Positions 58,084-64,000 of a DNA stretch of 64,000 bases are shown here, piece by piece; the first letter of the stretch is position 1, and each line of letters opens with the position of its first letter. The position numbers and the translations under genes were made by a program. The stretch comes from Alphaproteobacteria bacterium. Lineage in GTDB: Bacteria; Pseudomonadota; Alphaproteobacteria; SP197. A model generated the notes under the pieces. That model was not told the origin of the DNA. It made no database searches and saw only the letters and a program-made list of their open reading frames with translations. The DNA lies in contig OZ219917.1 in the NCBI GenBank assembly GCA_964291415.2, positions 832,001 to 896,000 of the forward strand, given 5' to 3'.

Positions 58084-59175
58084 CTACCCTCCGGCCCGGA
58101 CCTCCTGATAGAGGTTCTCGTACTTGCTCTCGAACTCGGGCTGGAGAGCCGGGAAGAAGATCGTGTTGGCGATCAGCGACTCCGGATCGGAAAAGCCGAG
58201 CTGTTCCAGGCGCTCCTCGGGCACCAGGTCGTAGGCCGCGAGATTGGCGCTGCCGTACCCGTAGTTGTCGATCAGCCAGGCGCCCGATTCCGGAGAGATC
58301 CAGGCGTCGATGTAGGTGTAGACGGCCTCGAGGTCCGTCGCATCCTTGTGGATGATGAAGCCCGAACCCCAGGCGAAGATGCCTTCCTTGGGCACCATGT
58401 AGCCGACGGGAATGTTCTCGTTCTGCAGGTTCACGAAGGACTGGTTCCAAGCATAGGCGGCGACAATCTCGCCGGCGGCGATCGCCTGTTCCATCAGCGT
58501 GACGTCCGACCAGTAGAAGCGTGTCAGGTCGCGCTGCTTGGACATCAGCTTCTGGACCTCGGCGAGCTGGTCATCCGACAGCGTCCACAGGTTCTCGTAA
58601 CCCAGAACGAGAGCGGCGGTTGCGACGGTGGCCGCCGCCGTGTCGTACCAGCCCAGGCGATTCTTGTATCGTTCGTCGTAGATGAGTTGCCAGGAGTTCT
58701 CCTCCAGGTACCCCTCGTCAACGAGATCGGTGCGATAGAGCAGCGACGAGTTGCCGAACTCCGCTGGCACGAACCAGCGGGTACCGTCGATGATGGAGCC
58801 GTCGATGTCGGCGATGCCGGGTGCGACGGTCGACCAGTTGGCGAGCCGGCTGGTGTCGACCGGCTGGATCAGTCCGGCATCGTAGTACCGCTGGATCATG
58901 TAGTTCCCGGGATGGATGAAGTCCGGCGCAAAGCCGGCGCGGATCTTCTCGAAGGACTCGTCGTCCGACGCAATGTAGCTGAACTCGGGCGGGCCGCCGT
59001 ACTTGTCGATGTAGCCGCCCATCAGCTCGGGCAGGTCGTACCCGGCCCATGTGTGACCCGAAATTTCCCCGGCGGCGCGGGCGCTGCGCGACACGATGGG
59101 CCAGCTCACGATGCCGACGCCGACTGCGGCCATCGCCTTCGCCAGTTCGCGCCTGTTCATGGCCATGTCTTTCAT
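58084..59175 (-). CDS. PotD/PotF-like extracellular solute-binding protein with Tat signal
   Basis: NRRE twin-arginine leader ending A.A; TW.GY, D.S.L.NW, YR.DLV, PKEG; GAGGAG RBS. Confidence 0.85.
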   Translation of the reverse strand: MKDMAMNRRELAKAMAAVGVGIVSWPIVSRSARAAGEISGHTWAGYDLPELMGGYIDKYGGPPEFSYIASDDESFEKIRAGFAPDFIHPGNYMIQRYYDAGLIQPVDTSRLANWSTVAPGIADIDGSIIDGTRWFVPAEFGNSSLLYRTDLVDEGYLEENSWQLIYDERYKNRLGWYDTAAATVATAALVLGYENLWTLSDDQLAEVQKLMSKQRDLTRFYWSDVTLMEQAIAAGEIVAAYAWNQSFVNLQNENIPVGYMVPKEGIFAWGSGFIIHKDATDLEAVYTYIDAWISPESGAWLIDNYGYGSANLAAYDLVPEERLEQLGFSDPESLIANTIFFPALQPEFESKYENLYQEVRAGG

Positions 59176-59244
59176 GATCATCCTCCTCAAGTCCCGATCA
59201 CATGCGGCTTGCGGGCAATCCCTGCAAGGGTTCTCTTGCAAACC

Positions 59245-59319
59245 TGGAGCGGGCGATGGGATTCGAACCCACGACCCCAACCTTGGCAAGGTTGTGCTCT
59301 ACCCCTGAGCTACGCCCGC
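59245..59319 (-). tRNA. tRNA-Gly (GCC)
   Basis: GCGGGCGTAGCTCAGGGGTAGAGCACAACCTTGCCAAGGTTGGGGTCGTGGGTTCGAATCCCATCGCCCGCTCCA; full cloverleaf, encoded CCA. Confidence 0.98.
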
Positions 59320-59429
59320 CCGGTCACAAGCCGGAGAGCATCCCTACACCAGGGCCGCCCGCAGTCGCAAGCACATTGCGCGGGCCGGGGCGTTGAGGCG
59401 AAGATGGGACGGGAAGCAGATTCCGGAGT

Positions 59430-60290
59430 GTGCCGCCCGTGACAGCCGCCAGGTCGAGACGCAGTTTCATTTTCATGCCCGGTCTCAAGCCCGGGATGTT
59501 TCCCAAGGCGGTCTCGTCGGGGGCCGATATCGTGTGCATCGATCTCGAGGACGCGATCCATCCGCGCGACAAGGCGAGTGCGCGGGAACGCACCTTCGAA
59601 CTCCTCGCGTCGCGCCCCGAGTCCGGCGCCGCCGAGGTTGTCCTGCGGATCAACTCCCTTGCCTCGAGCGAGGGCCTCAAGGACCTCGCCGCGGTGATCG
59701 ATGCCGGCCGGTGCGGTCCACCCTCCCTGATGCTCCCCAAGGTGGCCAGCCGGGAAGAGGTCGCCCTGGTTGCCGACCACCTCGATGCGGCCGGTCTCGA
59801 GACCACGCTGCACGTCATCATCGAATCCGCCGAAGGGCTGGAGAACGCCGCCGCCATCGCTCGGTCGGGCCCGCGGCTGCAGTCGCTCTTCTTCGGCGCC
59901 GTCGACTATTCCTCCGACATCGGAGCCAGCAACACGTGGGAAGCGATGCTCTTCGCGCGTTCCAGGGTCGTCCAGGCGGCGGCCCTGGCCGGTCTTGACG
60001 CCATCGATGTTCCCTGGCTCGATCTTGAGGACATGGCCGGCATGAAGGCTGAAGCCGAGGCGAGCCGGGCAACCGGCTTCGTCGGCAAGGGCGCCATTCA
60101 CCCTCGCCAGATCCCTGTCATCCACGACGTGTTCAGTCCGTCACCCGGCGACATCGAGGAGGCGCGGCGCATCGTGAAGGCCTTCGACGAGGCCGCCACG
60201 GGTCTGGTGGTGATCGACGGCAAGCTCATTGAAAGACCCGTCCTGAGGGCCATGGAACGCGTTCTCGAACGGGCCCGGCGCATGGGCTGA
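59430..60290 (+). CDS. HpcH/HpaI aldolase/citrate lyase (CitE-like) family protein
   Basis: RRS..F.PG, DLEDA, RIN, PKV, IES..G, G..GK.AIHP.Q, DGK.I..P. Confidence 0.9.
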   Translation: MPPVTAARSRRSFIFMPGLKPGMFPKAVSSGADIVCIDLEDAIHPRDKASARERTFELLASRPESGAAEVVLRINSLASSEGLKDLAAVIDAGRCGPPSLMLPKVASREEVALVADHLDAAGLETTLHVIIESAEGLENAAAIARSGPRLQSLFFGAVDYSSDIGASNTWEAMLFARSRVVQAAALAGLDAIDVPWLDLEDMAGMKAEAEASRATGFVGKGAIHPRQIPVIHDVFSPSPGDIEEARRIVKAFDEAATGLVVIDGKLIERPVLRAMERVLERARRMG

Positions 60291-60342
60291 TTTCGGTCCG
60301 CCCGGGCGACATAATGAACTGAATCGATGATGGAGTGATCCC

Positions 60343-60972
60343 ATGGCCGCAGAGCTTGTGTTCTACACGCATCCCATGTCACGAGGGCGAATCGTGCGCT
60401 GGATGCTGGAGGAAGTCGGTGTCGACTACACGACCGAAGTCGTCGAATACGGTCCGCCGATGAAGTCGCCCGAATACCTCGCGATCAATCCCATGGGAAA
60501 GATTCCGGCACTCAAGCACGGGCAGGCGGTGGTCACGGAAGCGGCGGCCATCTGCGCCTACCTTGCCGATGCCTTCCCCGAGGCCGGTCTGGCGCCTCCT
60601 CCGGGTGCGCGTGGTCCCTACTACCGCTGGCTCTTCTTCGGCGCCGGACCGCTCGAGGCGTCCACCACGAACCGGCATTTCGGGTTCGCGGTGCCTGAGG
60701 ACGGCGTCGGCATGATCGGTTACGGAACCTGGGAGCATGTCATGGACGTTCTGGAGGAGACCCTCGCCGGCGGCGGTCATGTTGCCGGCGGGGATTTCTC
60801 GGCGGCGGACATCTACATCGGCTGTCAGATCGGCTGGGGCATGCACTACGGAACCGTGGACAGGCGTCCAGCCTTCGAGGACTACTGGACGAGACTGAGT
60901 TCCCGGGAAGCCTACCACCGCGCCAATGCCATCGATGACGAGCTGATGGCCGACGTCAAGTCGCCCGTCTGA
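60343..60972 (+). CDS. Glutathione S-transferase family protein
   Basis: SRG..VRWMLEE, INPMGK.PAL, E.AAIC.YLAD, FSAAD. Confidence 0.92.
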   Translation: MAAELVFYTHPMSRGRIVRWMLEEVGVDYTTEVVEYGPPMKSPEYLAINPMGKIPALKHGQAVVTEAAAICAYLADAFPEAGLAPPPGARGPYYRWLFFGAGPLEASTTNRHFGFAVPEDGVGMIGYGTWEHVMDVLEETLAGGGHVAGGDFSAADIYIGCQIGWGMHYGTVDRRPAFEDYWTRLSSREAYHRANAIDDELMADVKSPV

Positions 60973-60979
60973 ACCCGCC

Positions 60980-62086
60980 ATGATCGTCACCCGCCTGGAG
61001 ACGTTCACCAACCGCTGGGTCGGCTTCGTGAAGGTGACGACCGATACCGGCGACGATGGCTGGGGCCAGATGTCGACCTACAATGCCGACATCACGGCCA
61101 GCGTCTTCCACCGCCAGGTGGCGCCCCACGCCCTCGGGCATGACGCCCGCGACTTTGCCCCGCTCATCGACCTGATACCCCTGCGCGAGCACAAGTTTCC
61201 GGGATCCTATCTCAGGCGCGCCATGGCCGGTCTCGATACCGCGTTGTGGGATCTCGCCGGAAAGATCGAGGACAAGCCGGTCACTGCTTTGATTGGCGGC
61301 ACGCCGGGTCCCTTGCGTGCCTATGCAAGCTCGATGAAGCGCCAGATCGGGCCGCGTGACGAGGCCGACCGACTCTGTCGCCTGCGTGACGAAAAGGGGT
61401 TTGACGCCTTCAAGTTCCGGGTTGGCGCCGAATGCGGCCGCGACGTGGACGAGTGGCCCGGGCGCACGGAGGAGATTGTACCCGTCGTGTCACGGGCCCT
61501 TGGCGATGATGTGGCGCGCCTGGTCGATGCCAACTCAGGATTTTCGCCGGCGCGGGCCATCGAGGTCGGAACCATGCTGGAGGGGGAGGGCGTCTCCCAC
61601 TTCGAGGAGCCGTGCCCCTACTGGGAAATCGACGAGACGCGCGAGGTGACGAGGGCGCTGGCGATCGACGTCACGGGCGGGGAGCAGGACTGCAACCTTG
61701 CCCAGTGGCGGCGCATCATCGACACCCGGGCAGTCGATGTCGTGCAGCCTGATATCATGTACATGGGCGGACTGACGCGTACCCTCGAGGTGGCGGCCAT
61801 GGCAGCGTCGGCGGGGCTGCCCTGCACGCCGCACTGCGCCAACCTGAGCCTCGTGACCATCTGCACCATGCATCTTCTCCCGGCCATCGCCAATGCCGGC
61901 AAGTACCTGGAGTTCTCCATCGAGGGCGCCGACTACTATCCCTGGCAGCAGGATCTCTTTGTCGGAGATCCCTTCCGGATCGAGGATGGCAAGGTGAGTG
62001 TGCCCGATGCGCCGGGCTGGGGCGTCGACGTTCACCCGGACTGGCTGGCACAGGCCGAGCACAGGGAGAGTTCCCTGGAATCGTGA
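60980..62086 (+). CDS. Mandelate racemase/muconate lactonizing enzyme family protein
   Basis: D.ALWDL.GK, K.R, DAN, EEP, GGE, QPD, PH, P..PG.G. Confidence 0.9.
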   Translation: MIVTRLETFTNRWVGFVKVTTDTGDDGWGQMSTYNADITASVFHRQVAPHALGHDARDFAPLIDLIPLREHKFPGSYLRRAMAGLDTALWDLAGKIEDKPVTALIGGTPGPLRAYASSMKRQIGPRDEADRLCRLRDEKGFDAFKFRVGAECGRDVDEWPGRTEEIVPVVSRALGDDVARLVDANSGFSPARAIEVGTMLEGEGVSHFEEPCPYWEIDETREVTRALAIDVTGGEQDCNLAQWRRIIDTRAVDVVQPDIMYMGGLTRTLEVAAMAASAGLPCTPHCANLSLVTICTMHLLPAIANAGKYLEFSIEGADYYPWQQDLFVGDPFRIEDGKVSVPDAPGWGVDVHPDWLAQAEHRESSLES

Positions 62087-62105
62087 CCTGCCCGGCTGAC
62101 GCCCG

Positions 62106-63086
62106 TCAGGGCTGTGTCGGCAGTTCGTCGACGAAGCGGTCGAAACCGGCGATGAAGGCCGCGAGGTCCTCACCGGCACGGCGTGGCGCCATCTTCTCCG
62201 GCGCACCGTGAATCTCGAGACCGGGCCAGGGTGCGACGACGGCATCCTCATCGGGAACGGCGAAGAAGCCGATGGAATAGCGCGCGCGGTCGCGCGGCGG
62301 ATGGATGCGGTGCAGGGTCGAGGCGAAGCGACCCCCGGACCAGATTTCCAGCTCGTCGCCAATGTTGACGACAAGGCGGTCTTCCCGGTGAGGAATGTCC
62401 AGCCACCTGCCGTCCGGGCTCTGGACCTGCAGCCCGCCGACCTCTCCCGGCAGGAGGACCGTGATCATGTTCGAATCCCTGTGGGGCAGCACATCGTCCG
62501 GTGGCAGTCCAATGGCCTCGGGTCGTGCCGGGTAGTGGAGCAGGGAAATGTTGGTGAGGTGCCGGTGAAAGGACCTGGTGAATGCGTTTTCTGCCAGGTC
62601 GAGCGCCATGGCAAAGGCCTCGAGCAGGCGATGCGTCACCGCCGTGACGTGATCGAAGTAGGCGATTATGGCGTCACGGAAGTCATCCGGGGTGTCGGGC
62701 CATATGTTGGAGGCGTAGAGCCGGGATCCGGGGCCCGTCCCGGGGTTGTTCACCACCTTTTCGTCACCGGCGAAGAAGGCCTCGTAGAGCGGCTTGGGAA
62801 CACGCGGGTCACGCTGTTCCCCGAACGGCATGACGGGGATGTATCCACGGTAGATGCCGGACGGCCGCAGGGACTTCAGCTTGGTTGCCGCATCCTGGGC
62901 AAAGAAGCGCCGGGTTGCGTCAACGGCGGTCTGCGTGACGTGGCGCGGAATGCCGTGGCCACTGACCGAGAGGAACCCGATTGCTTCGCAGCGCCGGCCG
63001 ATCTCGCCCGCCACCCGGCGCCTGGCGCCGGTGTCGTGCGACCACAGGGCAGACATGTCGATGGAAGGGATATCCGGGTCGTTCAT
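62106..63086 (-). CDS. Isopenicillin N synthase-like 2OG-Fe(II) oxygenase
   Basis: IP.ID, GF....HG, HYP, HRD (HxD), GGLQV, VNIGD, HR, RYS. Confidence 0.9.
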   Translation of the reverse strand: MNDPDIPSIDMSALWSHDTGARRRVAGEIGRRCEAIGFLSVSGHGIPRHVTQTAVDATRRFFAQDAATKLKSLRPSGIYRGYIPVMPFGEQRDPRVPKPLYEAFFAGDEKVVNNPGTGPGSRLYASNIWPDTPDDFRDAIIAYFDHVTAVTHRLLEAFAMALDLAENAFTRSFHRHLTNISLLHYPARPEAIGLPPDDVLPHRDSNMITVLLPGEVGGLQVQSPDGRWLDIPHREDRLVVNIGDELEIWSGGRFASTLHRIHPPRDRARYSIGFFAVPDEDAVVAPWPGLEIHGAPEKMAPRRAGEDLAAFIAGFDRFVDELPTQP

Positions 63087-63174
63087 GGAAAGTGTCGAGG
63101 GTTGTGCGCCGGCAAGTATAGGTGGCCCATGCAGGTCATCAATGTCGACAGCCTGCCTGCCGGACCATAGGGTC

Positions 63175-64000
63175 ATGCCCATGAGAACGTGGATCAGGTC
63201 CCCGCTGGCGATTCTTGCCGACGACTGCGAGGGCGGTGTCGTCGTCGAGGACGAGAGGATCGTCGAGTGCCTGGCACGGGGCAGCACCCCTTCGCGCGCA
63301 TGTGACGATATCTTCGATGCCTCCCGGCACGTGGTCCTGCCGGGACTGGTCAATGCCCATCACCATTTCTACCAGACACTGACGCGCGCCTGGGCTCTCG
63401 ACCGTGGCCTCTTCGACTGGCTGCAGGCACTCTATCCCGTCTGGGCGCACCTTGATCCCCACCACCTCGAGCAGGCAGCCCGCCTGGCCCTGGCGGAGTT
63501 GCTGCTGTCGGGGACCACGACGGCGGCAGACCATCACTACGTCTTTCCTGACGGTCTCGCAGAGGCGATCGACATCGAAGCCGCAGCGGCGCAGTCCCTG
63601 GGCATGCGGGTAACGCTGACGCGGGGATCGATGAATCTCTCCGAAGAGGACGGAGGTCTGCCGCCTCGGAGGATTGTCGAGAACCGTGACGCCATTCTCG
63701 CCGACAGCGAACGGGTGATCGACACCCTGCACGACAGGTCTGAGGGAGCCTTCGTGCAGATTGCCCTGGCGCCCTGTTCTCCCTTCTCCGTCAGCCCCGG
63801 CATCATGCGCGAGACGGCAGAGCTCGCCGAGGAAAAGGGGGTCCGCCTCCACACACACCTTGGCGAGACCCTGGACGAAGACCGGTTTTGCGAAGAGACC
63901 TTCGGGTGCCGTCCGCTCGACCATGTCGAAGACCTGGGCTGGCTCACCGCACGGGCGTGGTTTGCCCACGGCATCCATTTCACCGATGACGAGATCTCCA
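63175..64000 (+). CDS. Amidohydrolase (8-oxoguanine deaminase-like), 3' truncated by window edge
   Basis: My translation: PGLVNAHHHFYQTLTRA, LF.WL..LYP.W, SGTTT..DHHY, APCSPFSV, LHTHL.E, W.AHGIHF; absent from the ORF track because it has no stop. Confidence 0.88.
   Translation, partial: MPMRTWIRSPLAILADDCEGGVVVEDERIVECLARGSTPSRACDDIFDASRHVVLPGLVNAHHHFYQTLTRAWALDRGLFDWLQALYPVWAHLDPHHLEQAARLALAELLLSGTTTAADHHYVFPDGLAEAIDIEAAAAQSLGMRVTLTRGSMNLSEEDGGLPPRRIVENRDAILADSERVIDTLHDRSEGAFVQIALAPCSPFSVSPGIMRETAELAEEKGVRLHTHLGETLDEDRFCEETFGCRPLDHVEDLGWLTARAWFAHGIHFTDDEIS

Noticed and set aside
1-64000. CRISPR array, rRNA or intact IS/transposase
   Set aside because: No regularly spaced repeats, rRNA-like sequence or DDE/HUH ORF seen by eye

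Overview
GC-rich bacterial chromosomal window; the gene content suggests an alphaproteobacterium (inference). It is mostly catabolic and accessory genes: a peptide-type ABC transporter plus amidase divergent from an N,N-dimethylformamidase-like alpha/beta pair; two PhyH-family and one IPNS-family dioxygenases; ferredoxin + P450; ppk2, pyk and glycerate kinase; a complete narK1-narK2-narGHJI-PPIase respiratory nitrate reductase operon; a PhyH/M24/acyl-CoA dehydrogenase/CoA-transferase operon; tRNA-Gly(GCC); and several single enzymes. Between these sit three complete PIN toxin-antitoxin pairs, one orphan antitoxin and many eroded gene remnants (integrase arm domain, P450 C-terminus, NucS-like and HNH-like N-termini, a decayed copy of the neighbouring CoA-transferase 5' end, two frameshifted genes). 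The most unusual intact gene is a three-domain HTH-DUF427-zinc-ribbon-like protein transcribed divergently from the nar operon. I saw no CRISPR array, rRNA or intact transposase. All family assignments come from recognising motifs by eye, not from database searches.
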